The position numbers were made by a program, and so were the translations under genes. From positions 1,488,001-1,552,000 of the forward strand of contig CM022677.1 of assembly GCA_012295275.1 (NCBI GenBank): a stretch of 64,000 bases of DNA, read 5' to 3'. Origin of the DNA: Chrysomallon squamiferum. Lineage: Eukaryota > Animalia > Mollusca. Each line of letters starts with the position of its first letter. The first letter of the stretch is position 1. The notes under the pieces were generated by a model, which saw only the letters and a program-made list of their open reading frames with translations, made no database searches and was not told the origin of the DNA. Of the stretch, positions 46,278 through 62,658 are shown in pieces.

Positions 46278-48883
46278 TGTAACGATGAAATTTAATATTT
46301 TCTTTTGTTATAACGTTAAACACGGATATCTTCGAAACTCTTTTTAATAGATACATTTTTTCTTCTATATACTTGCTATAGATAATTTTACTAACGTAAT
46401 ACTCTTTATATAAAAGAAAAATGTTTACATTGTATAGTCTCTATCTATGAAACAGAAAATATAAAGCAACTTTAAATATTAAAACACACACACACACACT
46501 CACTCACTAGAGTAAATAAACTAGAAATATATGTAAAGAAATGAATTTCTCTTTAACCATACATAATACTCTTTTTACCGGAAAATACGCGATTACGAAT
46601 TCTTAAAGGTAGTTTGTAAATTTGAGAGTTAAGATATTTAGCTGCGGCGAGTTTTGTGTGTAAAAAAGTTTTAAAATGTGTCAGCCTGGGCTGGCTTCTC
46701 TCGCTCTTTTCACTGACGTCTGCGGGAATCTAATGTATGACGTCAGCAAGGAAAACTCGGGTGTGAGGAAGAACAAGCGATAAACGGGTTTTTGCACGGC
46801 CCAGTGATTCCTTTTGATAAACAGGGAGGTAACTGAAGAGGACCTTTAAACTTTGACCTTGCTTTGAAAAATGCGATATGCGTTTGACAGCGGGTTGTAG
46901 TAAAATACTGTTCTCACTTTTGCAGTGTAATCTGTGTCACCAACAGCGTATTTATTATATATATAAGAACACTTTTAAATGCTTTTGTGTATATTTACAA
47001 AATAGGTTTCAAAATTAATAAAGTTAAGTTGTTAATTGATTATTTATCTAGAGGATAAGTTTAGTGTTATACCAACACGATAATTAGTTGAATTTACTGC
47101 TCCCTCTGATACTGTTTTAATCATAAAATTAATATAAAACAAAACACGTGATTTTCACAGGACGACTAAACTGTAAGGTATACATTTTTTTTCTTTTATT
47201 ATCATTTTTTAAACTTGATTTTTAAGTTATACTAAATGAGGCGATTAAACCAAGTCCTTCCCCTATACCCACTATAAATTTCGATACCCAGCATTTCTGT
47301 ATTAACTTAAACAAGATATATTTCTGAAGACGAAGTATTTTATCTGTGTCAATCGCGTGGTCTTTCTGAATCACGCGATCAGCTGACTGTTGTCGTTCTG
47401 CCAGGAGAGGAAAATGTTTCTTTTCAGTATCAAGTGCGGACCTGAGTTAAATTAACTTTGTGAAACTCATGACTGCGCATATTGAAAACTTGACTAAACA
47501 AGATGAAGCGTTCCGCCTCGGCAAACAAATATGATGTAAACTGTTAAACTAAATACAGGGTATAAACATTTGCGTATCAGTGTGTAAACGTGACCAGATT
47601 CCAACCTCTTTTTATGTGTAATAGTTTTTCTTTTTTTCTTCTTTTCCTTTCTATTACCTTAAGAAGGTCCAATATCATCGAGTTAGTCATTCAATTTCAG
47701 ACAGCATTTATTGTTTCCAGTGTGTGTGTGTGTGAGTGTGTGTGAGTTGGGTGTGTCTCTGTGTGTGTGTAATAATAAAAATAATAATACATTTATTAAT
47801 TAATAAATTATATTAAGAGTATACCTCACAGAAAATAATAGTTTTTATTCATTGAGATTTGTCACACACACATGTAAACAAAAACTGTTTTTTTTTTGTT
47901 CCTTTGTTTCTTTTCTTTGATGAAAAGGGTCTTTGTATTTCTTATTATTTCTCTCTTAGTCTTTACATGGACTGAGCGATCTGTAAATATTTTATTTTTT
48001 ATATTATCATTTCATAAATTACATTCACAAATGTTAATATTTCTACTTACTGTCGACTGTAGGATTTAAAAAAAAAGGATTAAATTCATATCATAATATG
48101 TTAGATGGGGAAATTAGTTTAACACTTCCATACAGTATGAAGAAACGTGACACTGTAGGTATAGGTTTTGTTCTGTATTTGTTTAATTGTAATGCACTTT
48201 ATTTCTTTATCTTAAAAACGATCATCTCTTCATCATCCTTGTGCCTGACAAACCGCATAGTAAGTTTCGCTTCAGTAAACAAATAAAATGTTATTTGAAA
48301 ACAAAAATTCAAATTAGTTGATGCGGTGAATGGAGACGGGATAAATGGAGAAAAAAAAAAAGCTGTATAAATGAAAAAAAAAAAAAAAAGAAGAAAGAAA
48401 AAGAAAGAAAGCATTCCTTTGTTCGTCAGTTAAAATAAAATCTTATCTTTGTTTTCTTACAGTCGCCAAATTCAACATTTCTGTCTTTCATTTTTTTAGA
48501 GGATAACCGAAGAAACGTGGGAGATTTCAGTTTGTCTCTTCAACCTTTTCCTTCGTGGGGAAAAAATGTCTGTGTATGTATCTTTCCCAGGAAACTAAAG
48601 TTCGAAATGACAAATATATATATATATATATCTAGAAAAGAAAGCATAATATTTTTGTCAAAAAAAAAAAAAAAAAAAAAAAAAAAGTAGCGGCAACATG
48701 TTAAAATAAGTTAAGTGTATTTTTGTAAGCTATTAAATAAGCTAACATAAAATTCATTCCACCACTTTTACTCAAAGCTGTAAAACAGAGGGCGAATCAG
48801 CTGACAAAGCTGTAGATAATTTTACTCAAACAGTCTTATTTGACACAGACAGACGTGTGCGCATGTATATGCAGGTGTATCTC

Positions 48884-48991
<108 letters not shown>

Positions 48992-49694
48992 ATCACAGTT
49001 ATTAAAATAATCAAATGTACTAAATTTACAATTATACTTCTAGTTTGCGTGTATTTGTGATATTGTATTAGTTTTAATAAACGTGACACTTAAAACGTTT
49101 GCATCATACCTGTCTTGTGTGCAGTCTCTCATTCACGCATAGAAACAAACTGTATGTATTTAGATTATTCAACTAATGAAATATATGCTATAGTATATTG
49201 AATTAATTAGTTTAAAAATAATATATATGTGAGCATGTGTCTGTGTGTGTGTGTGTGTGTTTTAACATTACGAAACAAAGGTGTCTAAAATAGAGAGAAA
49301 AAATATTAATATTATTATTACTATTATTATTATTATTATTATTATTATTATGAGTACGATTATTATGTTATCTCTGCATCCTGTTTTTCATTGCTATTAA
49401 TTAATTATATATCTTATGAAGAGGATAGATAAGCGTCTGTATGTAACTATACACGTTAAAAAAGTTATATTTTTGGTGTAGAAATATTTTATATTTCTCT
49501 TTTGTTCGACAAACCTGTAAAGCGGGCTTCACATTATGACGATGAAAAAATTGTGACGGGTTTATTCAGAGAGGCTATTCTCATTTATAACTGAACCGTT
49601 AACGAAAGTCTAAGATTTCATTATGTCATTTTGACCTTTATTTTCTGTCCCGCATTCGTACATAGCTTCACGTTATGTTATATTTATGAAATAA

Positions 49695-49749
<55 letters not shown>

Positions 49750-50151
49750 ATTAGATACTATAATAAAAGGAAACGCCATTGTAAGAAATGTAAGATAATG
49801 GCAAAGTGTGTTAAATTAAAATACTTAGAAAACAACTCTGTCACGTATATTTATGAAGCTATTAACAATGCTGAAATAATATTGAGTCCCTTTTTTTGGT
49901 AAAACTATTAATAAATATTACCATCCTGAAATGTTGTAGATAAATAAAGTTGGAAATGTGACAATTTTTCATCTTATAATTGTGTTAGATTGGGAATTAA
50001 ATTTAGTTGCACGACAGACAATAGTACTATTTACTCATTTAAACTTATTATACAGCTTGTGTTTATGTAAAATTATACTTTATTCTCTTTTTCTTTTTTT
50101 ACTCCTTGGTTTCTTTCTTTTTTAAATTATTATTATTATTATTATTATTAT

Positions 50152-50200
<49 letters not shown>

Positions 50201-50336
50201 TGTTGTTGTTGTAGTAAGATTTTAATTTCGTTCGCTATTCGCATATATTGTTAATTGGTCTTCAACAGACCTGTTGTTATGTCCATTTTTACTAAATGTA
50301 TGAAAGTCAGACAGGCAGACAGACAAAAAGACACAC

Positions 50337-50423
<87 letters not shown>

Positions 50424-50499
50424 CTTGTTGTAAAACACAGACTGTTAACAGTCTACAGTTATATGTACTACTCAGTGTATCCAGAAAATAAAAAAAAAA

Positions 50500-50852
50500 T
50501 AAATACTAATACTTGATAAATTTATTTGAATACCTATATAATTCACAAATTAAATACAAAAATAAACAAATAAAGCTTCGTGATAAAAAACACACATTTA
50601 TTTATATATCTGATTTTCATTTGTTTGCATCTTACACATAAATAAACAAACAGTTGCTAATTTCATATCTAGTATATACTAAACTTAATATAATTCACTT
50701 GCATATTTTATATAAATCTTAATAAAAGAAATAGGATGAAGAAATCAAATAACAGATCTCATATAATTGATCTACATATTATGTTTCATGTAGAAACAAC
50801 ATTAATATTAATAATAACAATAACAATAGTGATAGTAGTAGTAGTAGTAGTA

Positions 50853-50889
<37 letters not shown>

Positions 50890-51182
50890 CAATATTCAAG
50901 AAATGAGATATTTATATAAATTTTACACGTATCTGTTTGACAGAAAACAGTCCATTAGAAAAGTAAGTTTCAAATCAAATGAAAGACGGTATGCCGTCAT
51001 GACTGCTGTCTAAGGTCATCAGAAATACCAATAGAAAAATATGCAAATAAATAAATAAACACAAAACTGAAAAATAAATAAATAAGAAAATAAAAAAAAA
51101 TATGACACAGATATCACTAAAACTGACAATAATTGAACGATGCTGATTTTCACACTAAAAATAACAAAGCAGGTATTTGTCC
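50500..51182 (-). pseudogene. Mirror relic of BTB-PHR gene 3' end (GQIPALLFLV* at 51150-51182 plus 3' UTR)
   Basis: Reverse complement of 31183-31880; the last ten codons give the same peptide as the intact gene. Confidence 0.85.
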
Positions 51183-51801
51183 TGTTTTCTGGGTGACATA
51201 GGCTTTGTCGTGAGTTAAAAGTAAAGCGAAGTTCAGTATAAAAGGACGAGTATTTCGTCCAGGTCGCAATCTCGCGTGAACGCTGACTGTGGAATTTCAA
51301 ATGTGAAGACAAACAATATTTGACATCTTAAAACATAGCGACCATTACCGGCAGTTGTACGAAACCAGTATTTCAGCAGAGAACAACGACCGACAAATTG
51401 AAAAGTCTGAAAGGATTAGCACACACACAAACAATCAGATACCGAATTTTCTTCTACAGATGTTCGTGAAATGGTAACACAAATTGAATCTTTTGGTGCT
51501 GCTACCGAAAGCAGACTCTTGCAACCGATGTTAATAATAATAGAGGAGATTGCTTTGGAGAAAAATATATATATAAAAAATAATAATAAATAAAATTAAA
51601 ATAAAAAACATAAATAAAAACACAACAAAATAAACCAGTCTTAAGTGATATCTATTTCTACGCTGAAACTCGATAGCCGTTTAACTGTAACATTTGTAAT
51701 AAACATTCCACTTTCATGTTTAATATTTGTAAACAGCCGATCTCTCTAAAACAGCATATCTCGCTGATCCCAAGTGAGTCCACTATGTCTATGTGTGTGG
51801 A

Positions 51802-51870
<69 letters not shown>

Positions 51871-52217
51871 TTTGTGTGTATCCAGTAACCCAGTGCGTTC
51901 AGTGGACTGCGACCGTTCCACCGTTCTTAAAAAAAAAAAAAAATTAAGAAAAAACATATCGGTTCTTTTATAGAAATAGAAAAGAAATTTGCATTTGTTG
52001 ACAATGTTTTACGAGCCTTGCCGCTAGAGTCTGTCGCCAGATCGTTCTGCGTGACAAAAGTCCATAACACCAACCACTCCCGAGGTGAAAACTAATCCCG
52101 CAATTCCTCGGTCTGCGAATCAACAATCATGATAAAAGTGACATTTTATAGATAAAACATAAAATACAAAAAAATTCACACACACGAAACACATTCACAC
52201 GGACACAAATTCATACA

Positions 52218-52286
<69 letters not shown>

Positions 52287-52713
52287 ATATTTATGTAACT
52301 ATAATAAGTAAGTAAACTGCCAATATAAGTAAATAATTAATATTCTCTTTAATTATCCATAATACACATTCACGGGAAAATACGCGATGACGAATTCTTA
52401 AAGTTAACAAAGTTTTAAAATGTGTCAGCCTGGGATGGATTCTCTCGCTCTTTTCACTGACGTCTGCGGGAATCTAACATATGACGTCAGCAAGGAAAAC
52501 TTGGGTCTGAGGAAGAACAAGCGATAAACAGGTTTTTGCACGGCCCAGCGGCTCCTTATGATGATCAGGAAGGTCACTGGAGAGGAAATTCGAACTTTGA
52601 CCTTGTTTTGAAAACTGCGATAAGCGTTTGATAGCGGTTTATGATGAAATACGTTTCTCACTTTTGATATCGTCATCATGCTGTGTAATGTGTGTCATTA
52701 ACAGCGTATATCT

Positions 52714-52744
<31 letters not shown>

Positions 52745-55500
52745 TTATTTATTTATTTACATACACATACGTACACATTTTAGGTATTATCACAATATAT
52801 GTTTCTAAATTAAAAAAACTTAAGCTGTAAATCGATTAATTATCTAGTATATAATTGTGGTATTACACCATCACGATAATCAGTTTTACTTTACTAATCC
52901 CTGTCATATTGTTTTAAACAGGTCCTAGACAGTGTCAACAACAGCAACAGAAACACCAGCAGAAGCAGCAGCAACATAAACAACAACAGCAGCAGCAACA
53001 ACAACAACAACAACAATAATAATAATAATAATAATCATCATCATTACAATAATAAACACAACTAAAACACAAACTATTATTGTTATAAAGTTTGCAAAAT
53101 CTGATCTTCTTTTGTTTGGATTGTTTTGTTTGTGCAACACACATTTTATTAGCAGCTGAATTAACATAAAACAAAACACCTGTTTTCACAGGACGACTAA
53201 ATTGTAAGGTGTAGTTTTTCTTCTTCTTTTATTATCATTTTGAAATTTGTACTAAACGAGGCGATTAAACCAAGTTGATGCTCTCTGCACACTGTAACAT
53301 TCGATATCCAGTATTAAATTAAACAAGATGTATTTCTCATGACGAAGTATTTTATATGTGTCAGTCACGCGGTCCTGCTGAATCACGCGATCAGCTGACT
53401 GTTGTCGTTCTGCCAGAAGATGTAAATATTTTTTATCAGTGTCAGGAGCGGACCTGAATTAAATAATATATGCGGTTCGCTAGTGTTTTGTAAATATGTA
53501 TATACCTGTGTTTATTATTTTTTCTAAAGTAATGACATGATATATATTAGACAAAAATCACACAGTGGTTTGACCCGAACTGAACAAACATCATTTTCTA
53601 ACGTATGTTTCTAGTTTATCTTGCGAAATTAAAATATTTTTAAAAAGATAAAAAAAAAAAAAAATGTACAGCAAAGACAACTACTACTACCATTACTACT
53701 ACTATTATTACTTATATAAATACTACTCACTCCTCCACTACTACTAATACCTATCATTATCACCAAACATATAATAGTACTACTTCTAATAATAGATATG
53801 TTCATTCCTTTTGCTATTTTATTTTTATTATATTTATATATTTAGTTATTTTCTTTGCTGCCTACCCTCTTTTGGGCTGTACCTGAATTAATTTTCTGAA
53901 ACTCGTATGACAGCGCGTATTCAAAACCCGACTGAACAGGATGAAGCGTTTCGCCTCGGTAAACATATATAATGTAAAGTGTTAAACTATACACAGGGGA
54001 TCAACACTGGCGTGTCACTGGGCATACGAGACGAAATTCCAACCTCTTTCTATGTCTGATAGTTGTATTATCTTGTCTTTTCTAAACCAGATCCAGTATC
54101 ATCCAGTTCGACGTTCAGTTTCAGATAGGATTTTTTGTTCGATTGCGTGTGTCTGTTAAAACATGTTCATTTTCAAATGAGTATGTTATTCGTGGCAAAT
54201 GATATCTATCAAGGACCCGATGCCAGATAGTTTATTATTCACATTTAAAAAATAAATAAATAAATAATAATAAATAAATAAACGGAATAATAGTAATAGT
54301 ATCTCTGACATAAAATAATAGTTTTTAAGCATTAAAATCTCTCTTTCTCTCTCTCTCTCTGTCATGTATATGTTAAAAAGGTTTCTTTCTTGCTTTCCTT
54401 CTTTTCTTTGATGAAAAGAGTCTGTATATTTTATTATTTCTGAGTTAGTGTTGTATGGACTGAGCGATCAGTAAATATTTTATCCTTATATTGTTATTTG
54501 TTAGACAGCGACACAGATTACATTCAGAAATATCAGTATTTGTATATACCGTTAGATCTGGAAATAAGTTTGATTAAATTCATATCATAATATGTTAAAT
54601 CGGGAAATTAGTCTAATACTGACAGAAAATATGAAGAAATTTAGGTGTGGGATTGTGATGTATTAGTTTAATTGCGATGTGCTTTATTGCTTTATTTAAC
54701 GAGACGATCATCTCTTCATCATCATTGGGTGTGGACTGTTTTCTTTATAATACTCCTGAATAAATATGTCATTATAAAACACTTGTAACTTTTTTATTAT
54801 TCACACTTGCAAACAAACTACATAGTAAGTTTCGCTTCAGTAAACAAAAAAAATACTGTTTGAACAAATTTCAAATTCGTTTATGCGGTGAATGGAAACG
54901 TGAAAAACTATATAAATGAAAAAGAAAAAAAAAAAAGAAAGAGAGACGCAGAAGAAGAAAACATTCCTTTGTTCGTCACTGGAAACAAAATTTTATCTTT
55001 ATCGTCTTACAGTCGCGATATTCAAGATTTCTATCTTTTTTTAGAGGTTAATTGAACAAACGTGGGAGACTTCACTTTGTCTCTTTAACCTTTTCTTTCG
55101 TGGGAAAAACATACGTGTGTATGTATCTTCCCCACAAAACTAAAGTTCGAAATGACAAATATATATATGTATGTATATATATATAGGAAAGAAAACATAA
55201 TGTTTTGTCAAAAAAAGAAAGAAAAAAGAATGAAAGTATCGTTAACATCTGTTAAAATAAGTTAAGTTTACTTTTGTAAGCAATTGAATAAGCTAACGTT
55301 CGAATCAGTCCACTTCTCTGTAAATTTACTGACAAAGGTGTCGATAAACAGCGGGCGAATCAGCGGCACATTATCAACACATTTCATATAATAATTAATA
55401 TCGGGAAATCAATTAAGTTATATTGAAAGAAGATAATTTTACTTAATCAGTCTTCTTTGACACAGACTCACGTATGCGCATTTATATGCAGCTGTATCTC

Positions 55501-55590
<90 letters not shown>

Positions 55591-55792
55591 CCTGCATGAA
55601 CTAATGAGTGAGTGAATAACAGCACTTTCTGTGTTTTATACGTGACAAAAATTCTGTAATGATTAGAATGTAGCTTACACGTGCACTACGCTTTACACAT
55701 CAGAAACACAAAGAATGTCTTTATTTTTACACTGTGTGGATAAAAAACACACAATAATAATAATAGTAATAATAATAATAATAATAATAGTA

Positions 55793-55823
<31 letters not shown>

Positions 55824-56208
55824 TATTTATTATTAAAACTATTTGATATTCAAAAAAGGATGTTTGTACTGTATAGTTTAAACCATCACGATATGAACGA
55901 GTAAACTGGAAGATTATGAAAACAAGCGAAGCGATAACTTGTATTACTCATACTGGCCTGTAGGATATTTGTATAGTCATGATTTTCAGATAGACTGGTT
56001 CGACAAAACATTCATTTAAGATTTCGAGAAACGGTGTAAATCTACAGAAAACAAAATAATATTAAGATAATAAAAGAAAAAGTTCTATATTTTTTTCCAA
56101 GGGCTCCCTTTAGATTTACAAATATTAGATTTACACGATATGTATTCTCATTTTAGAGTACACACAAACACACACACACACACAGACAGACACACATAGA
56201 CACACACA

Positions 56209-56261
<53 letters not shown>

Positions 56262-56431
56262 ACACAGACACACACACACAAACACAGACACACAAACACA
56301 CACACACACAGTCACACACACAGACACATAGAATAATACATGTTCCTTCTTTTTATATATAAGTGTTATGTTTTCGTGAATTGGTTTATTTGGTTTTACA
56401 AAAAATAGGTTTGTTTATCTTTACAGCTTTG

Positions 56432-56527
<96 letters not shown>

Positions 56528-56729
56528 CGTTTTCTTGTATGTATGTCTGTATGCCAATGTGTATGTGTATATGTGCATCTATAATTGTGTGTATGTGTGT
56601 ATATGTGTATGTGTGTGTATGTATGTGTGTCTGTGTTTGTGTGTATAGATATGTTTAAGAAAGAGTGAATACTGCTCTGACTGTGGAAAACAGACGTGAC
56701 GGGTAGATACCTGTCTGTGAAGGTTTATA

Positions 56730-56786
<57 letters not shown>

Positions 56787-57538
56787 TATGTAGTTATTGA
56801 CAATGCTAATTACTATATAAATTATTTGTCTTTTCTTCTGGAATTTACATTCGGTATCCGAAGTAGAAAGCATCCGGATTAGTCACTGTTTTGTTCACAA
56901 CAGATTAACAGTAGCTGGAAGGGAAACTGAAATGTGCCGGTGTAGCAGTTAAATACAAACCCCTGGAAATCGCACATCCAAGGGTTTGTAATTTGCTAGA
57001 AATGCCCCCCATCCCGTGGAATAGCACAGTGCATAGCGTCCCTGTTACTCCTATCTTCTGGCACACCACTGGCATAGCCAGTTAAATCTCAGTAAGAAGG
57101 GAAATGTTTATATACAAACAGTTTCTGACTACTACAGCAGGTGTTATCAATAGTTTAATTAATCATTGTTTATGAAGGAAGCTGGTGTGTAAATAATTTC
57201 AAATCAGACTGTCGCTCTTTTTATTTTTCAGTTGTGTGTCTCAAGTATGAGACTAGAGCTTTTTGTAGCTGCAGCTAAAAAGAAAGTCAGAAAAACCTGA
57301 CATTTTAAGGTTGCGGAGTGATAAAATATGTTTTGTTGCAATTTAACAGACATACTGTACTTGAAACTGTTGTTAAACACAAACATAAATAATTTTGGGC
57401 AAAAAACCCCAACAGTTTGACCCATTTCTAATGTGGAAATATTTGTTATTCATATCAAAACCACAAATAGAAGGAATGTTTATAGTGAGATGCAGTTATT
57501 ACTATTACTACTGCTATATGTGTGTGGTATATTAGGAG

Positions 57539-57662
57539 GGGTTTGTGATTTACAGGGTCTGTGATTTACAGGGTTTGTGATTTACAGGGTCTGTGATTTA
57601 CAGGGTTTGTGATTTACAGGGTTTGTGATTTACAGGGTTTGTGATTTACAGGGTTTGTGATT
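57539..57662. repeat. 17-bp minisatellite, ~7 copies
   Basis: GTTTGTGATTTACAGGG in tandem; ~4 copies at 9891-9952 and ~2 at 25521-25548 in the paralogous flanks. Confidence 0.9.
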
Positions 57663-57725
57663 TCCTGCTACACTAGTTTATACACAAATCTCGGTTAGTC
57701 CAAGGTTCTTTTTTCCCGAGTGCAC

Positions 57726-57726
<1 letters not shown>

Positions 57727-57783
<57 letters not shown>

Positions 57784-57882
57784 TGTGTGTGTGTGTGTGT
57801 GTGTGTGTCTGTCTGTGTGTGTGTGTGTGTGTCTCTGTGTGTGTGTGTGTGTGTGTGTGTGTCTGTGTGTGTGTGTGTGTGT

Positions 57883-57919
<37 letters not shown>

Positions 57920-58046
57920 TGTCTCTGTGTGTGTGTGTGTGTCTGTCTCTGTGTGTGTGTGTGTGTGTCTGTCTGTCTCTGTGTGTGTGTGTGTGTGTGT
58001 GTCTGTGTGTCTGTCTCTGTGTGTGTGTATATGTGTGTGTGTATGT
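57727..58046. repeat. Long compound (GT)n/(GTCT) microsatellite; representative of dozens of (AAT)n, (GA)n, (CA)n and (TA)n tracts in the window
   Basis: Directly visible; other examples are (CT)n 17056-17198, (GA)n 29071-29173 and (CA)n 25367-25457. Confidence 0.95.
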
Positions 58047-58835
58047 GATGAAATAATTTAAAACAGATTATTTGTTTATTTTTTAAAGTTAACTTATTAT
58101 CAGTGTTAGTGAAATCAAGGGCAAGCTAATATGCATGTGTGTACGTATATATGTATGCATGTTTTTTTGGTTGCATACGTACACACACAAATAATATTTC
58201 TCACTCTGAACAGAATAGAAACAAATAAATACATAAATAACAAAAAGTAAATAATAATACCTGACACATTTATTTCTATATCTTTGTAATTCACCTGTTT
58301 ACAAATATAAACACAAATTAAATACAAAAATAATTCATAATAAAAAAAATACAAATTTATTTATCTGCTTTTCGTGTATTTATATCTCATCTATAAATAA
58401 ATAAACAAAGAGTTGCTAGTCTTAGTAAAAGAAAATGGATAAATAAATGAAGTAACAGTTCTTATTTTCATGTCTAACAACCAGGAAATACATACATAAT
58501 GTATCTATAAATTATATTTCATATACAAAAAACAAAATAAAAATAAAATAAACCAAAAAGAAAAATGCATAAATAAATAAGTAAATAAATAAATAATAAC
58601 AGTAACATAATAATGAAGAAATGAGATGTTCATATACATGATGCACGTGTTTGACAGAAATCAGTTCATAAGAAATCAAAAATTTCAAATAAAGTGTGTA
58701 TGACGTCATCAGAAATACAAAACGTAAACAAACATAAATAAATAAATAATCAAACTAAATAAATAAATAAATAAATAAATAAAAATATGAGCCCAGTGAT
58801 GACTAAAAGTGACAGTGTTTGAACGATGTTGTTTT

Positions 58836-60355
58836 TTACACTAAAAATAACAAAGCAGGTATTTGTCCGTGTGTCACATCTGTACGAAGTTCTCTGTGAC
58901 TGTGTTTAGATTTGTGTGACTCAGAAAATCTACAAACAAAAGAGTCTACAACAATTTCTGATTTACCTTCATCTCCACACCATGAGTTGTCTCCCTTAAC
59001 ATTAACAAACAAGCTGTACTCAGTGTCTTTAGTAATCTTCACTGGACGACTGAACACGACGTCATACACGTCAGACGCGACGTATTCATATCTCTGTGTC
59101 AGTGTAGACCCGTCCAGTATTTCGTCTGTTCTTGTGTCAGTGACGAAGGCGCTGACGTCGTAGTTGTGTGGTTCAAACTGACCGTACAACTGAAATCCGC
59201 GAAGTAAAGCGTTTTTGTTGACAGAAAAAGTAATGGCTTCATCTTCTTTACCAGAACATGACAACCAGTAACAATACCAACGAAACCTGTTTATTGTAAT
59301 CTGTGTTTTACGAATCATTGCAGTTCTCATGTTTGAGTTGAAAGGTGAAACATCTTCATCACTGCTCACCAAGTGTCTCCAAATCTTGTTTTCTTCTGTG
59401 TCAGTGAGTATGTGAGTGGGTGTCACGTGTTCTACAAAATACGTCTGATCGAGTAATGGATAACGCACGTGCTTCACGACCTCTCCCAGTGCATCGCGCA
59501 TGTTTTCTTCACTCGTCTTCTTCCCTTGCTTCCTGCACGCGCTGTCAGCCCACTTCACAGCGGCTTCAAAAACATTTTTCTCTTCTGCTGCCAGTTCGTC
59601 TGATCGTACGATCTCAACCAGATATTCGTGACAAAGATCGGTGACTTCATCCGACTTCAAAACTTCGTCGCCATTTTCCAAAATGAAGTCCAGAGTTTTT
59701 TTCCTTAGATCATGTTTATCAAACAGGTGAGCTTGTTCCAGCACGACGCACGCATTCTGTGACGACAACGACGACTCCAAATAATGTGTGCATTCATCTT
59801 CCAGTGTCGTGACTATGTACTTCTTCGATAGATACAGCAGACCGGTGACGTTGTCGCCTGTTAGGACGACGTCATCCGTATAAAGATATCTGTATAAAAG
59901 AAGTAGAGTAAGACTTTAAAACGTGAGATAATTATGTGAGATTAATTAATTAGAAAATAATTAGATTACTAACAAAAACTGTATTGTTATCAACGTTTCT
60001 GTCTGTCTGTATGTCTCACTTCCTCACTGTGTTCGTAGGTGTGTTTCCATGTTTGTTTGTGTGTGTGTGTGTGTGTGTGTCTGTGTGTTTTAACATACTT
60101 TAAAAACTCTGAAAAGATGTCTGCCTTCACTTCCGGTATCACAATATCTGATTTTTCGCGAAGTTCTCCAGTCAACATCTGACAGAAAACTTCGCTTCGA
60201 ATGATCAGAATTAAACGATGCGCATCGACAGTAGTTTTATGTTCCCCAACTAAAAATCTGACGTCCGTGTGAGTTTTTGTAAGAAAAACGTGTTCAAGGC
60301 ATTCTTTCAGATTCTTCCCTGTCTGCCAACCTGAGACTGAAGTTGAGATGGCCAT
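58836..60355 (-). CDS. BTB-BACK-PHR protein copy 3 (BTBD1/2/3/6-like CUL3 adaptor), intact; exons 60099-60355 and 58836-59889, 436 aa
   Basis: 257+1054 nt = 1311 nt open frame; 209-nt GTATGT..ATACAG intron; BTB, BACK and PHR motifs ending TDVTHGQIPALLFLV*. Confidence 0.95.
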
Positions 60356-60375
60356 GTTCTCACTAGAAACAGAAG

Positions 60376-60437
<62 letters not shown>

Positions 60438-60606
60438 CATACTAAATATAATTTACAAATATTTCCGTGTACATATGACATGTACATGGACATATTCCAA
60501 AACCGAAACAACCACTTTTTATATAAAAAAATTAATCAAAATCATTTCTAAAAACCGACTACTTTCTGTTTAACGCCTCTACTGCTGAACACTGAGATCA
60601 GAGATC

Positions 60607-60637
<31 letters not shown>

Positions 60638-61430
60638 AAAAGATAAGGAAAGAAAGAAAAACATCGGATAGATAAAGGATAAAAAAGAAATATCTTGTGG
60701 TTATGGTAATGATTACTATCCTGATGACGAAGACACAAAGAATTATTTTTATTATCAGTATTATTATAAACAGAGGTGTGTGGTCAGTCAGGTAAGAAAT
60801 ATTTCACTGTGGGAGAAACGATTTTCATATCGCAATGTACTTGTGGTCATTTATAACAATTTACCTCTCGAAAAGACAGCAAAATTATCCGTCAGTGACA
60901 GATCTAAAAAGAAACACTAAAGAACAAGAAATATTAATAAAGAAACAAAAAAATAATAATAAAGAAACAAACCAGGATGCGATATTTTTGAAATAGAAAA
61001 CAATTTAAAATACCTTCTAATTTAAACTTGATGATGGACAATTTATTTAAGCGACTATTTTCTCTCTGTCGACTCAACTGCTGTAGATCACCGCTATCAC
61101 AGATCTAAGAATAAATGAATACAAATTAAAATAAAATAAAACGAAATGAAATAAAGTAAGCAATAAATAGCAAAATATATCAATAAGAAATAATGGCTCT
61201 ACTAGGGTAGTAACAGAAATGGTAGTACTAGTATTAAAGATATTACTACTACTACTACTACTAGTAATAAATTAAGAACACTGGAATAGTTAAAACATAA
61301 TAAAATAAAAATATTATAGACTTTCAATATGGCCGACTTGTTTTATTTCTGCTTTGTGTACTTTTCGTTCTTAAAATCCTCCACTGATAAACACGCGAGT
61401 GACGTCAGATATTTTACACGTCATCAAGTG

Positions 61431-61647
61431 CAGTGGCGTGCAGAGGTGAGGGCCGAAGGGGCTCTGGCACCGTGCATCCAGATTTATATTTAAATCGAAT
61501 AAAGTGTTTATGTTTTATCTGTGTTTACGTATTCAAAATATCTTCCTTTCTCATACTATTCCTCAGTGCTAGGCCTTGTACTTGAATCTTTGGGAATTAC
61601 AATCAAGGAGTTGGCCCCGGGCTTCACCAGACCTTCACACGACACTG
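61431..61647. mobile_element. hAT-type MITE (third copy)
   Basis: TSD ATCAAGTG at 61423-61430 and 61648-61655. Confidence 0.85.
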
Positions 61648-61814
61648 ATCAAGTGTCACGTTGTTAGGTTTCAATGTCAGAATAAAATAAAGAAATCGTC
61701 CTACCAGATATTTGTGTACTCATCTTACATAAATCTTCTTTAAAATTGATTACAACAATTGAACAGATTAAGAACTACTAGATTGCATTGTTTATAGGTA
61801 AGTTATGAAATCTG

Positions 61815-61869
<55 letters not shown>

Positions 61870-62532
61870 TAATAATAAAAACAAGAGCAAAAACAACAAT
61901 AAGAAGAAGAAATAAATTTTACAGTGCACTAAATATACGTGTACCTATTTTATTTCTCTGACGATGCTTGCATGACCAGTATATCAAGTTAAGCTAACAC
62001 GTGACGTTTGTTTGTAATGTAGCTAAAATAAAAATAGGGTGCCACAGCTTCATGAGAATCACAAAGGTATACTCGGGTGTTATTTACAACGATCTGACAA
62101 ATTCATTGTTAAAAAACTGTCTGCCCATAAGTGTAGAAATAAACCCGTGAAAATTTGAAATTATTTCCATTTGTCATTATTCCAAGGAAGAAGATATAGA
62201 CCTCCCAATTATTTCCAATAAACAGAACAAACTAACAAACTCGTAAAGAGAAAACAATACTATGATATAAGATAATATTATCACATCTTCTATTGGCACG
62301 TTCCATATCTTTGAAAAGCCTCACGCTGTAATACTGTTTATTATATGTATATCAATAGCAGTATATCAATAATAATAATAGTAATAATAATAATAAATTA
62401 AATTAACACAATATAAAATACATTGTAGTTTCAAAACAGATACTTACCTGAACAAATTTCTTATCGATAATTTTTTTAGAAAGGAGTAATTTCTTTCTAA
62501 GTCTACTATTGATCACAGAGATCAGGGATCTG

Positions 62533-62583
<51 letters not shown>

Positions 62584-62658
62584 ACAAAATGATATAAAGT
62601 AAAACGAAGTAATCAGATACAGCATAAACTATAAACGATTAACTGACCTCTTCAGATA